NCBI GenBank assembly: GCA_000993685.1
Contig: LBWP01000001.1
Location: 9,739-73,738 of the forward strand
DNA length: 64,000 nt
Reading direction: 5' to 3'
Source: Candidatus Woesebacteria bacterium GW2011_GWA1_39_21
GTDB taxonomy: Bacteria > Patescibacteriota > Microgenomatia > UBA8517
Of this stretch, positions 29,677 through 41,954 are shown piece after piece. How positions within the stretch are numbered: position 1 is the stretch's first letter; each line of letters starts with the position of its first letter. Under the pieces are notes generated by a model that worked only from the letters and a program-made list of their open reading frames with translations, had not been told where the DNA came from and searched no databases. The position numbers and the translations under genes are program-made.

Positions 29677-30476
29677 TTATCTTCGGATATTTTCATTATA
29701 ATTCTTTAGCAACAACGAGATATGACGAACCCTATCGTTATAAGAATTGTGATTTTTCGTAAGTGATAGATGTTCTTCGCCACTGATGCAACTGTATAAA
29801 CCAAAAACAAAATATGTATCTTTTAGTTTTTTTCTTCCTCTAACGTTTTCCAAACACCATTGCATTTCCGCTTTTGTAACTTTGGATGCCGGATGTTCGA
29901 ACAAGTTTTCGGAGACAAAAAAACAACTGGGTGGCCTTGCTGATGGATTATTTCCAAATATTTTCTAGTTTGTTCGATTATATCGTCCTTGGGTTGGGGT
30001 GCATCTGAAGAATAAAAATCTCGACCAAAGTCGTCGTAAATATCGCTTTTATAGACTAAACCATATTTATAACAGCGTTCAAGAAAACCCAACCCTTCAG
30101 GGTGGGGATGACCCGCCTGCTTAGCTGCGCAAGCTAGCGGGCAGGATTCAACTCTGATATGTCATCCTCCTTGGGGAAACCCCGCCTTTTAAGGCGGGGA
30201 GGATGTCATTAAAACCGTATTCCCAATTAATTTGTATAAATCTTTATCGTTGGTAATTCCCAGTGAATAACCGAGATATTTATCGTCGAACTTTGGTGCT
30301 TTGCCCATCTTTTGTTTGTTTAAATCAGAAAATTGTTCGATTGAAAAAATACCGGCGGAATATTTTTTTAGAGATTCAATGTCTTTGCGGTTCAGCCCGC
30401 TTTGCAGAATCTCCTGATCAAGATTTGTGGGGTTAAGGATGAATCTGTCTTGAGGAGTTTCTAAATACTCAAACAT
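29677..30476 (-). pseudogene. Hypothetical gene split by a family A element and a homopolymer frameshift
   Basis: Three consecutive ORF fragments; removing 30071-30208 rejoins ...GNTVL-N-KYGLVY in frame; T7 tract at 29917-29923 shifts the frame. Confidence 0.7.
30071..30208 (+). mobile_element. Non-autonomous IS200/IS605-type element, family A copy 1 (with 34 bp nested palindrome)
   Basis: After TTAT; AACAGCGTTCAAGAAAACCC...GGGGATG left end; CCCCGCCTTTTAAGGCGGGGAGGATGTCA right end. Confidence 0.85.
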
Positions 30477-30484
30477 TTGTTAGA

Positions 30485-32473
<1,989 letters not shown>

Positions 32474-32480
32474 TTAAACT

Positions 32481-33086
32481 TCAATTGCTAATATTTTTTA
32501 AAAAGTGTAGGAAATGGAGATTGATGTTACCATTTCCGTTGATTGCTTTTCTTAGCAAAAGAGCATTTTTTGCGTATCTAATACCTTTTTCAAAGTTATC
32601 ACTTTTGATCTGCTCTGATGAAAACAATACCAGATTATCGCAAAAGTTCAAAATTTCGTTTCGCTCCTTCATCTTAGATAAGTATGCTGATTTTTCCAAA
32701 AGATCCATCTTAATAAAGGATGAAATTTCCGAAAGATCATTCTGTGTGTCAAAATTTCTGATTCTGACGATTTGACAACGTGATTTTATTGTTGGCAGTA
32801 CTAGATTCTCATTTTTGCTGTGGATGATAAAAATTAGATTTTCCTGAGGCTCCTCAATTTTTTTTAGTACGGCGTTTGCGCATTCCTCTGTCGCTTGGTG
32901 AAAATTTCTAACAACAATTGCAGTTTTTTCGGGAAGAGAAAGTTTGACAAAAGCGTTGAAATTTCTCGCATCTTCAATTTTTTGCAGCGCAAATTCCACA
33001 ATTTTGTAGCCCGTCAGATCAATCTGATTTTTGACTTCTTCCGTGAGTCTCGATTCGTCCTTTGTAACGATAAGGTACGCATGCAT
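32481..33086 (-). CDS. holB: DNA polymerase III delta' subunit-like
   Basis: ANAVLKKIEEP, VLPTIKSRC. Confidence 0.75.
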   Translation of the reverse strand: MHAYLIVTKDESRLTEEVKNQIDLTGYKIVEFALQKIEDARNFNAFVKLSLPEKTAIVVRNFHQATEECANAVLKKIEEPQENLIFIIHSKNENLVLPTIKSRCQIVRIRNFDTQNDLSEISSFIKMDLLEKSAYLSKMKERNEILNFCDNLVLFSSEQIKSDNFEKGIRYAKNALLLRKAINGNGNINLHFLHFLKNISN

Positions 33087-33206
33087 CTACTATATTTTAC
33101 TATTTTTGGCGCTCTTTCCCAAGCGTAATTTTATTTAATGTGTTATTTTGCTGTCCACCAGATGCTTGATGAGTGATTGATATTAAGTCATAATAGTCAT
33201 AAATAT

Positions 33207-34952
33207 ATGCCTGCCCAACCATTAAATGCTCAGAATGACCAGAATTTTTCAAACGTAGTCAAAACGTTAGCCGACATTTTACTTCTTCAGGGTTCGATTT
33301 CCCAAGAGCAGTCAAGGCAAATAAAATTTACTGAAATTCAAACCGGCAAAACCCAAGAGGAAATTGTTTTGGAGCAAGGATTTGTCGCAGAAGCGGATCT
33401 GGTTCGTGCAAAATCTAATTTGTACAATATTCCCTTTTTGGATTTGGAGACGACACCAAGTTCGCCGGAAGCTCTGTCAATCCTCCCCCAACAGGTGGCA
33501 CAGCGGTTTAGGGTATTTCCCATTTCTATTGATAAGAACTCAAAAATTCTCAACTTAGCGATGGCTGACCCTCTTGACTTAACAGCAGTTGGCTTTATCG
33601 AGCAAAAAACCGGCTATCGTGTCAAGCCCTACGCTTCGCAGCCCACCAAAATCGACACGCAGGTTACGGCGGCGTATTCGAGCTCTTTAGCTAAAGAGGT
33701 TACGGAAGCGCTCAAAGAAGTTGCTCCAGAAAAAAGACTTATCCAGGTTGTTGATAGTGGTCGCACAAGTGTCGTCCGTGAAGAAAAAGTTTCGGAAATT
33801 GTCAAACAAATTTTGAGTTTTGCTGTGAAATCGCGTGCATCAGACATCCATATTGAACCGCAAGAAAAATCGACACGTGTTCGATATCGTATCGACGGAA
33901 TTTTGCAGGAGAAATTGACCACCCCCAAGGAGCTTCACGATGGGCTTGTCTCGAGAATCAAAATCCTGTCGGGGATGAAGATTGATGAAAAACGTGTTCC
34001 CCAGGATGGTAGATTTAATTTTTCCGCGGACAATGAAGAGGTTGACCTTCGTGTATCAACCCTGCCGACCACCTGGGGGGAGAAAATTGTGATCAGGCTT
34101 TTGAAGAAAACCGGAGGGATTCCTGATCTGACAGAACTTGGACTTCGTGGCCGGGCGATGAAACACCTTGAGGATGCGATTGTCAGACCGCATGGGATTA
34201 TTTTGATTACTGGTCCGACGGGTTCAGGTAAGACGACAACACTTTATTCAATTATCCAGAGGATTAACACTCCAAAGGTCAACATTATGACACTGGAGGA
34301 TCCGATTGAGTATAAAATTGCCGGCGTCAATCAGGTGCAGGTTAATCCGGGGGCTGGTTTGACATTTGCTTCAGGATTGCGATCTTTTTTGAGGCAGGAT
34401 CCTAACGTAATTCTTGTTGGTGAAATTCGTGATCAGGAAACAGCTGACCTTGCCGTTCAGGCATCGCTCACTGGTCATTTGGTATTTTCTACTCTTCACA
34501 CGACCGATGCCTCGGGCGCACTTCCGAGGATGTTAGATATGGGTGCGGAACCTTACCTTCTCGCCTCGTCGATTACCGCAATTATGGCACAGAGAGTCTT
34601 AAGAAAAATTCACACGGCCTGCAGGATTGATTACACACCCGATGAAAAAGTCGTAATGGAAATTAAAAAAACCTTAGGGAATTTATGGAAACCAGATACG
34701 GGTGTAAAATTCTATAAAGGTCAGGGTTGCAACGAATGTGGAAACTCCGGATATTATGGCCGTGTTGGAATTTTTGAGGTCTTGCCTGTTTCCGAAAAAA
34801 TTAGTAGGCTTATATTAGAGCGTTCTTCTTCGGCTGAAATTGAAAACACTGCCAAAGAAGAAGGTATGGTTACAATGAAGCAGGATGGTTATATGAAGGT
34901 TATTGATGGGATGACGAGTCTCGAAGAAGTTCTGCGCGTTGCGCAAGAATAA
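33207..34952 (+). CDS. pilB: Type IV pilus assembly ATPase (PilB/GspE)
   Basis: ASDIHIEP, GPTGSGKTT, LRQDPNVILVGEIRD, TGHLVFSTLH, Zn-binding Cys. Confidence 0.94.
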   Translation: MPAQPLNAQNDQNFSNVVKTLADILLLQGSISQEQSRQIKFTEIQTGKTQEEIVLEQGFVAEADLVRAKSNLYNIPFLDLETTPSSPEALSILPQQVAQRFRVFPISIDKNSKILNLAMADPLDLTAVGFIEQKTGYRVKPYASQPTKIDTQVTAAYSSSLAKEVTEALKEVAPEKRLIQVVDSGRTSVVREEKVSEIVKQILSFAVKSRASDIHIEPQEKSTRVRYRIDGILQEKLTTPKELHDGLVSRIKILSGMKIDEKRVPQDGRFNFSADNEEVDLRVSTLPTTWGEKIVIRLLKKTGGIPDLTELGLRGRAMKHLEDAIVRPHGIILITGPTGSGKTTTLYSIIQRINTPKVNIMTLEDPIEYKIAGVNQVQVNPGAGLTFASGLRSFLRQDPNVILVGEIRDQETADLAVQASLTGHLVFSTLHTTDASGALPRMLDMGAEPYLLASSITAIMAQRVLRKIHTACRIDYTPDEKVVMEIKKTLGNLWKPDTGVKFYKGQGCNECGNSGYYGRVGIFEVLPVSEKISRLILERSSSAEIENTAKEEGMVTMKQDGYMKVIDGMTSLEEVLRVAQE

Positions 34953-34995
34953 TAAGTAAGTAGTTTTCAAGTTTGATTTTAAATATTTCATAATC

Positions 34996-36057
34996 ATGAG
35001 TATCAAAGATTTGTTGGAGTTGACAATCCAAAGGCGTGCATCTGACCTGCATATTATTTGCGGTTTACCACCATACTTGAGAATTGAGGGTGTTTTAGCT
35101 CCGGTGAATAGCGCCCCAATTGTTACGCAAGATGTTGTCGACAAATATCTGAGGGAGATCCTTTCAGCTGATAACCTTGAACGATTTTATGTCAACAAGG
35201 AGCTTGACTTTTCACTGGCGTTTTCGGCCAAGGCCAGGTTTAGAGTGAACGCTTATACACAAAAGAATCAATTTGCAATTTCATTCAGGATGATTCCAAT
35301 CGAGATCTCGGCGGTCGATGATTTGGGACTTCCGAAAATCGTCCACTCATTTGCAAATTTGCGGCAAGGATTCATTCTTATAACCGGTCCGACTGGACAT
35401 GGTAAGTCAACAACGCTTGCGGCAATTCTAAACGAGATTAACCAAATCAGGGCTTGTCATATCGTTACAATTGAAGACCCAATTGAATTTGTCTTCAGAC
35501 CGAGAAATTCAATTATTTCTCAAAGAGAAATGGGTTCAGATACACTTTCTTGGCAAGTTGCACTTCGAAGCGTGCTTAGGGAAGACCCTGACGTTGTTAT
35601 GGTGGGAGAAATGCGTGATTATGAAACGGTGTCCGCTGCTCTAACGATTGCAGAAACCGGGCATTTGGTTTTTGCTACTCTGCATACTAACTCTGCTGCG
35701 CAGACGATTGACAGGATTGTTGATGTTTTTCCCGATGAGCAGCAAAAGCAGGTAAAACTTCAAATGTCAAATGTTATCGAAGCTGTGTTTTCAATGCGCT
35801 TAATTCCTGCAGTGTCTGGCGACAGAGTTGTTGCATACGAAGTAATGTTGGGAACGTCAGCTGTTAAAAGTTCTATTAGGGAAGGCAAGACGCACCAAAT
35901 TGATAACATTCTACAAACTTCGACTGAAGTGGGAATGAATACACTTGAAATGTCTTTGGCGTCACTTGTAAAAACCGGAAAGGTGACTTTTGAGACGGCA
36001 CAATCCTTCTCGTTGAGACCTGAAGAGCTAACAAGACTTGTACGTTCGAGTAAGTGA
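34996..36057 (+). CDS. pilT: Type IV pilus retraction ATPase
   Basis: ASDLHI, GPTGHGKST, LREDPDVVMVGEMRD, AETGHLV. Confidence 0.94.
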   Translation: MSIKDLLELTIQRRASDLHIICGLPPYLRIEGVLAPVNSAPIVTQDVVDKYLREILSADNLERFYVNKELDFSLAFSAKARFRVNAYTQKNQFAISFRMIPIEISAVDDLGLPKIVHSFANLRQGFILITGPTGHGKSTTLAAILNEINQIRACHIVTIEDPIEFVFRPRNSIISQREMGSDTLSWQVALRSVLREDPDVVMVGEMRDYETVSAALTIAETGHLVFATLHTNSAAQTIDRIVDVFPDEQQKQVKLQMSNVIEAVFSMRLIPAVSGDRVVAYEVMLGTSAVKSSIREGKTHQIDNILQTSTEVGMNTLEMSLASLVKTGKVTFETAQSFSLRPEELTRLVRSSK

Positions 36058-36114
36058 ACCACTAACTCATTGAATCACTAACTCATCGGATCATTGAATT
36101 AGTGAGTCAATGGT

Positions 36115-37320
36115 ATGAAAAGATTCAAATACAGGGCAAGAACAACCACGGGCGAAGTTGTTAAAGGTGAAGTTGAAGCCACAAGCGACAAGATCGCCGC
36201 TAAACTTCTGAAAAGAAAAGGATACATCATCGTTTCCATTAAACCTAAAGCCGAGTTTATTATTGATATTACAAGAAAATTTAGAGACAGAGTAACTTCA
36301 AAGGATGTCGCAAATTTTACAAGACAGTTAGCAACGATGATGAATGCGGGACTTCCGATCACCGAGTCCTTGTTAATTTTAAGAAACCAATCAACGGGAA
36401 GGCTTCAAGTAATTTTAACCGAAATTCTAAATGATGTCGAAGGTGGACACTCTCTATCATCATCGCTTGAAAAGTATCCTTCGGTTTTCAATAAGACATA
36501 TGTTGCGCTTATTAAATCGGGCGAGATCGGCGGTGTTTTGGATGCAGTATTGGCAAAACTATCCGACAGTTTGGAAAAGCAACAGGAGTTTTCAGGTAGA
36601 GTGAAAGGTGCAATGGTTTACCCTTCAATAATCGTTATTGGAATGCTAATTGTGACCTTTATCATGCTTGTCTTTGTAATCCCACGTTTGACCTCGCTGT
36701 ATGACCAGTTTGATGCAGAGCTTCCGATAACGACAAAGTTGCTTCTTGCTGTTTCTGATGCGGTGAGTAAATACTGGTATTTGGTAATTGGAGCGGGTGT
36801 GGCGATATACTATATGTTTAAACTCTATATCAAAACGAAGACCGGAAGAAAAAAATTTGACGAATTTAAATTTAAAATCCCGCTTATTGGCAGTTTACAG
36901 AGGCAAGTGATTTTAACTGATTTGACGAGAACGATTTCGCTGATGGTTGGATCGCGCGTCTCGATTCTTGAAAGTTTGTACATTACCTCCGAAGTGGCAG
37001 ATAACTCGATTATTTCTGAAGCCTTAATTGATGCCGGAAAAATGGTTGAAAAAGGTTTTCCCGTCGCTTTCTCTTTTGCAAAACATCCGGAGGCGTTTCC
37101 GCCAATCCTCTCTCAAATGATCTCCGTTGGAGAAGAAACGGGAAAAATGGATGAGGTTTTGGATAAAATATCTCATGTTTTTGAAAGTGAGAGTGACCAG
37201 AAATTGAAGGCAATCACCGCGGCAATTGAACCAATTATTTTAATCTTTTTAGGTGTTGGCGTAGCATTTTTAGTCATTTCGGTGATCATGCCGATCTACA
37301 ATTTGACATCGCAAATTTAA
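36115..37320 (+). CDS. pilC: Type IV pilus platform protein (PilC/GspF)
   Basis: FTRQLATM..AGLP, GE.GG.LD, AMVYP, GEETG, IEP. Confidence 0.94.
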   Translation: MKRFKYRARTTTGEVVKGEVEATSDKIAAKLLKRKGYIIVSIKPKAEFIIDITRKFRDRVTSKDVANFTRQLATMMNAGLPITESLLILRNQSTGRLQVILTEILNDVEGGHSLSSSLEKYPSVFNKTYVALIKSGEIGGVLDAVLAKLSDSLEKQQEFSGRVKGAMVYPSIIVIGMLIVTFIMLVFVIPRLTSLYDQFDAELPITTKLLLAVSDAVSKYWYLVIGAGVAIYYMFKLYIKTKTGRKKFDEFKFKIPLIGSLQRQVILTDLTRTISLMVGSRVSILESLYITSEVADNSIISEALIDAGKMVEKGFPVAFSFAKHPEAFPPILSQMISVGEETGKMDEVLDKISHVFESESDQKLKAITAAIEPIILIFLGVGVAFLVISVIMPIYNLTSQI

Positions 37321-37588
37321 TCTAAAAACTTTGTCTATATTATTGCTGGCGCTTCATTAAAAATTTAAAATTGAAAATTGAAAATTGGTTTGCCCCTCTC
37401 CCCTTGACAGGCCATGTCCTTTTGTACAATACTGAATATGGTTAATCAGACTTACGAAATTCGAAATATTGGATTTGAAGTTTGAATCGTTTCGACAACA
37501 TTTATGTTGGGTTCCAATTTCGAATCTAGTATTTTCAAAAATTAACCTACTGAGAGGGGGTGAAACTTACAAAGTTTTATAAACTATT

Positions 37589-38116
37589 ATGAAAAAGATA
37601 TATAAAGGCCTGACTACGCAGGCAGGTTTCACACTTATTGAGCTTCTGATTGTCATGGCAATTCTTGGTGTTTTAGCGGTTGTTGTCCTTGTTGCAATCA
37701 ATCCGGTTCAACAACTCGCAAGAACGCGTGATGCTGGAAGAAAAGCCGGTGTCGCCCAAATCGGTAGAGCATTGGAGGCTTACTATACTTCTCATAGTGG
37801 AAGCTATCTTCCTCTTTCGGACACGTTCTTAAATAGTCTTTCTACTTCGGGAGAGATTTCAACTCCTCCCAGTACGATATCATACAGAAGCGGATTTACA
37901 CCCCAAGCATGCATCAACAGTCAGAATGGGTGGTGTTATCTTATGGGTTCGGGAGAAGCCGTTTTATATACGGAATTGGAATCTGATTCGGAAAGAAGTA
38001 AATGTAGCGGTGTGGTCTCTTACTTTGTGTGGTCGACTGTTGACGGTCGTGGAGGATTGGTTTGTACAAATGTTGCAGCAGCTGGAACAGCTCAAACATG
38101 GAGCGCCCAGCAGTAA
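37589..38116 (+). CDS. Type IV pilin (candidate major pilin 1)
   Basis: G|FTLIELL cleavage motif; upstream GGGGGTGA; hairpin downstream. Confidence 0.9.
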   Translation: MKKIYKGLTTQAGFTLIELLIVMAILGVLAVVVLVAINPVQQLARTRDAGRKAGVAQIGRALEAYYTSHSGSYLPLSDTFLNSLSTSGEISTPPSTISYRSGFTPQACINSQNGWCYLMGSGEAVLYTELESDSERSKCSGVVSYFVWSTVDGRGGLVCTNVAAAGTAQTWSAQQ

Positions 38117-38145
38117 CTTATTCTTAATTAGTTGAGAATAAAAAT

Positions 38146-38173
38146 AATGAGCCTGTGATAAAGCAGGCTCATT
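38146..38173. terminator. Hairpin between convergent genes
   Basis: AATGAGCCTG-TGATAAAG-CAGGCTCATT with A/T flanks. Confidence 0.6.
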
Positions 38174-40037
38174 TATTTTGTTCCCCAGGAGGAAGTGTCG
38201 AAAGGATGGGGTCGGTGAGGATGGATTTCACAAGGAATGACCCGTATAATTCTTCATCCTTATAATAATATTTCATAAAAAGTGCTATATTCTTGTATCC
38301 TATTGAGTAATATCTTTTCATATTTGTAAGACTGAAGCTGTAACCCACAACATCCTTGTAGGAATCATATTCTCCCAAAAGGAAATTATTGTAAATTTCA
38401 TCCTGGGCGGTTACGTAATCTTCTTTTTTGGGTACCGATTCGGCCCCAACAACAAAGTGATACACCAATCCGTGAGGTATTGTGCCCAATTTCTTATCCT
38501 GGTCATTCACGATGACCCTGGGTACAGTTGAATAAATGTTATACCCCCTTCTTATGAGATTGACGATGCAGGAATATAATGTTTCCTGATCGATCGTGTT
38601 TCTGTTTTTAATAAGATAAGTCTTTGCCTGATCGGGGTTCATGGTACCTGATTCTACAAGAAATTTCTCAAAACCGGTGTTTCTTCCGGGGATGGTGATA
38701 TCCGGTCGGAAATTTTCTTCAAGTTGGATATATAGAGTATTGAATGCAAATTCATCGTTATCAACGAATAGGAAACTTTTATTTTCCAATGGCCCCAGTA
38801 CGTCTTTTGCAAGGTTATTGCCGATGTAAATGTCGGATAGATCGGTCTTCGGGTAATTTGCAATGAAATATGATATCGGAACTAAAGCGAATGCGGCCAG
38901 CGTCAATGGATAAAATAAACGGTATAAAGGCCTCCTTTTGATGATTTTATTAAGTAATTTTGTTAATAACAAAATACCGGGACCGGAAAAAAGCAAAAGA
39001 AAAATTACGGAAGGAATGTAAAATCTTTCGATTGTTGAAATGTTAGCAAGGCTTTTGGTTTCAACTTTTGCGTAAAAAATATAAAAAGGACCGATAAAAA
39101 AAAGTGCAGTCAGTAAATAAAATAATAAAAGGCGTCTTTTTTGTTTTAGAAAATAGATTACGCCCAAAACGAAAGCAAAAGGAATAATCGGATTTAAATA
39201 CTCCTTCCAATATATGTAATAAGAATGAAAATCGTTTACAAACATGAATGGTCTGTTCTCCGTATCGATCCATCCATAGTCCTTTCGTAATATCAGATAG
39301 AGTAAATTTTTGGCCGTGACAGCCCGATCCCAGTTAACTATCGGATTTTGTGCTGCAGCTATAGGTATGTAAAGATACGGTAACAGACCCAGGATGAATA
39401 AAAATATGCAAGTCAATATTAATTTTAAATCTTTCAGGATTTTAATGTCTGTAAATAAGACCGAGAGTCCAACTGCAGGAAACATAAGCAAAACTGTCAT
39501 GTTATTTGTGAGCGATAAACCGAGGAAGAAAGACAGCGGGTACAAAAGTCTGTTTTCTTTGCTAATTATAAACTTGATTGTGATAAGTGAGATTAGAAGG
39601 ATAAAAAAAAAGTGGAGGGAAAAGACTTCTGCAACCTCTGCGTATATCCAAAAAGGATAGATAAAAGCAAGAATTAAACTTATAATAATCGATATTATTT
39701 TATTTTTTGTTAGTGTTAGTGAGATTAGATAAGTTAAGATAATGGAGAGCGATGCAAATAATGAAGATATCAATCCGACTCTCCAGGCTACTGTATGTCC
39801 CAATGGAAGTGAGTTAAAGGTAATCCCAAGAAGTATATAAAGTGGATATCCCGAAGGATGTGGAACGCCTTTTGAAATGATCGCTGAAAGAAAGTCTCCC
39901 GAATCGCCAGCAAACACGCCAGGACAAATTCCGTTAACGTATATCAAAAAAGTCGATAAAAACAAAAACAATACAATAAAATGCCCAGACAGAAACTTAA
40001 GAAGAATCTTTGTTTTACTTATTTTTTTTACTACCAT
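38169..40037 (-). CDS. DUF2723/TMEM260-like GT-C protein glycosyltransferase
   Basis: GDSGDF..GVPHPSGYPLY, AEVFSL, YLYIP, VNWD; many TM segments. Confidence 0.82.
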   Translation of the reverse strand: MVVKKISKTKILLKFLSGHFIVLFLFLSTFLIYVNGICPGVFAGDSGDFLSAIISKGVPHPSGYPLYILLGITFNSLPLGHTVAWRVGLISSLFASLSIILTYLISLTLTKNKIISIIISLILAFIYPFWIYAEVAEVFSLHFFFILLISLITIKFIISKENRLLYPLSFFLGLSLTNNMTVLLMFPAVGLSVLFTDIKILKDLKLILTCIFLFILGLLPYLYIPIAAAQNPIVNWDRAVTAKNLLYLILRKDYGWIDTENRPFMFVNDFHSYYIYWKEYLNPIIPFAFVLGVIYFLKQKRRLLLFYLLTALFFIGPFYIFYAKVETKSLANISTIERFYIPSVIFLLLFSGPGILLLTKLLNKIIKRRPLYRLFYPLTLAAFALVPISYFIANYPKTDLSDIYIGNNLAKDVLGPLENKSFLFVDNDEFAFNTLYIQLEENFRPDITIPGRNTGFEKFLVESGTMNPDQAKTYLIKNRNTIDQETLYSCIVNLIRRGYNIYSTVPRVIVNDQDKKLGTIPHGLVYHFVVGAESVPKKEDYVTAQDEIYNNFLLGEYDSYKDVVGYSFSLTNMKRYYSIGYKNIALFMKYYYKDEELYGSFLVKSILTDPILSTLPPGEQNK

Positions 40038-40753
40038 TTCTTAATGAGGAATAGGTTATTAATATATATCGATTTGGAAGAATAGTAGTTTTCTACAAGG
40101 ACGGCTAGATACGATAATAAAAGTAAGGGAATGTATAAAGGTAAAGTCAGAAAGTAGTATAGTTTGTTTTTTTGATTTAATTCAACCAAATAGTTCTCCA
40201 ATAAAGTTTCAATTGCAGATAATAAACCACCTTGTTTTTTATAATAGTGCAGCCGGCAATGGTGGAGTTTGATGAGCCGGTCAAATGTATAACGCGTAAA
40301 CCTGAAATGATCATTCGGTTCTTCATGAAGAGCCCAGAGAAAGGGTGCAGTTATTAATAAGTATCCATTTCTTTTTAATATTCTAACCATTTCATCAAAT
40401 AGTATAAACGGGTCAGTAACATGTTCAAATACCTGGAAAGCACAGACAATATCAAAGGTATTATCCTGGAAAGGGAGCTTTCCAACGAGTTTATAATTTT
40501 CAGGAAAGTATATGTTTGGTTCATCTTTAATATTTACACTTTTATTCGGTGAGAAATTGGGAAAATCAATACCTAGGTATTTTGTATTTTTAAATAAAAA
40601 TTTATATGGTTTTTCTCCGCAACCAACATCCAGTAATTTTCCTTTTAGTTTATATTTTTTAACAACATATCCGATGTCTTTGCGCAAGAAATATCTTTGT
40701 GAAAAATGAGGTATTGTATAAAAAAGAAATTCATCTGTGAGGCTTTTACTCAT
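40031..40753 (-). CDS. Class I SAM-dependent methyltransferase
   Basis: LLDVGCGEKPY, VFEHV.DP, RILKRNG, LHEEPNDHFRFT. Confidence 0.88.
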   Translation of the reverse strand: MSKSLTDEFLFYTIPHFSQRYFLRKDIGYVVKKYKLKGKLLDVGCGEKPYKFLFKNTKYLGIDFPNFSPNKSVNIKDEPNIYFPENYKLVGKLPFQDNTFDIVCAFQVFEHVTDPFILFDEMVRILKRNGYLLITAPFLWALHEEPNDHFRFTRYTFDRLIKLHHCRLHYYKKQGGLLSAIETLLENYLVELNQKNKLYYFLTLPLYIPLLLLSYLAVLVENYYSSKSIYINNLFLIKKW

Positions 40754-40796
40754 ATAATGTTTGTGATGTAAATAGTTTACAGTTAAAATCAGATTA

Positions 40797-41954
40797 ATGA
40801 AAATAGCATTTTTCACTTATACCAGACTCGAATATGGAGGCGGTGTTGCAAAATACTATATCGAGACGGCCTCAGGTTTAGCGAAAAGATATAAGAATTT
40901 GAAGATCGATATTATTAGTTTTGAAAAAAAGACGTTAAGAAAATTTCTTTTATTATATTTTTTATATTTTTTCGGGAAGCAGGATATGGACCAAAAAGAT
41001 AAGGAAAATATTATTTCGATCAAGAAAAAATTGGGCTTCGCCGGTTACTATCAATACAATTTTAAAAGTTTACTTAAAAAACTTAAAGGTTACGATTTGA
41101 TTTATACGACTAACAATTTATTGGAGGTTATGCTATTTAAATATTTGATTGGTTACCGACATATACCGCCTATTGTTTATGGATTCCACATCCCCATGTA
41201 TTATGAGTTTACCAGTTCACTGCAATCGAAAATTCATAATTTACTATATCGATCGCCATTATATATTAAGGCTCTGAAGGGAGCTAAAGTACTTCATGTG
41301 ATGAATACCTTTGATGAAGATATTATTAAAGATAAGTTTAATATTCATAATGTCAAAAAGATCTATTATGCGTTTAATTTTGATCAATTCGCAAAAGTTG
41401 TCTTTGAATATAAACCTCCTTACAAATGGAATAAACTCCGAACAAATATTTTATGGACAGGAAGGTTGACCGAACAGAAAGGCATAGATAAACTTTTTGA
41501 GATAATCGAAGGTGTTAATGCCGGAAAATGCGGTAAAAAAATTATATGGAATATATTTGGCGACGGTGAGCTTAAAGACAGGGTTCGCGCATTTTCATTG
41601 AAGCATAAAAATGTCAGTTTTTTTGGATACGTGGAAAATCGTTTTATGGCAGACATTATGAACAAATGCGATTTTTTTATTTCAACAAGCAATTGGGAAA
41701 GCTTCCCGTATAATATCTTAGAAGCACAGGCTTTCGGACTCCCTGTTGTTTGTTTTGATATCAGTGGTTGCAATGATATTGTTAAGGATGGGGTAAATGG
41801 ATATCTGGTAACCGACACCGCCGAATTTAAAAAACGGATTAACGATATTGTTATAAAAAATAAGTTTAAAAAAGAGAAGATACGAAATTATATTGTTTCG
41901 CGATTTAATTTCGAGGATTTGTTTTCGAAAATGTATCGATTATTCACAGAATGA
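40797..41954 (+). CDS. GT4 family glycosyltransferase
   Basis: GRLTEQKG, ESFPYNILEAQAFGLPVV, DGVNGYL. Confidence 0.92.
   Translation: MKIAFFTYTRLEYGGGVAKYYIETASGLAKRYKNLKIDIISFEKKTLRKFLLLYFLYFFGKQDMDQKDKENIISIKKKLGFAGYYQYNFKSLLKKLKGYDLIYTTNNLLEVMLFKYLIGYRHIPPIVYGFHIPMYYEFTSSLQSKIHNLLYRSPLYIKALKGAKVLHVMNTFDEDIIKDKFNIHNVKKIYYAFNFDQFAKVVFEYKPPYKWNKLRTNILWTGRLTEQKGIDKLFEIIEGVNAGKCGKKIIWNIFGDGELKDRVRAFSLKHKNVSFFGYVENRFMADIMNKCDFFISTSNWESFPYNILEAQAFGLPVVCFDISGCNDIVKDGVNGYLVTDTAEFKKRINDIVIKNKFKKEKIRNYIVSRFNFEDLFSKMYRLFTE

Noticed and set aside
36058-37387. Short repeats ACTAACTCAT x2 and AAAATTG x3 (similar heptamers at 63961-64000)
   Set aside because: Short and low complexity; no function can be supported from this window
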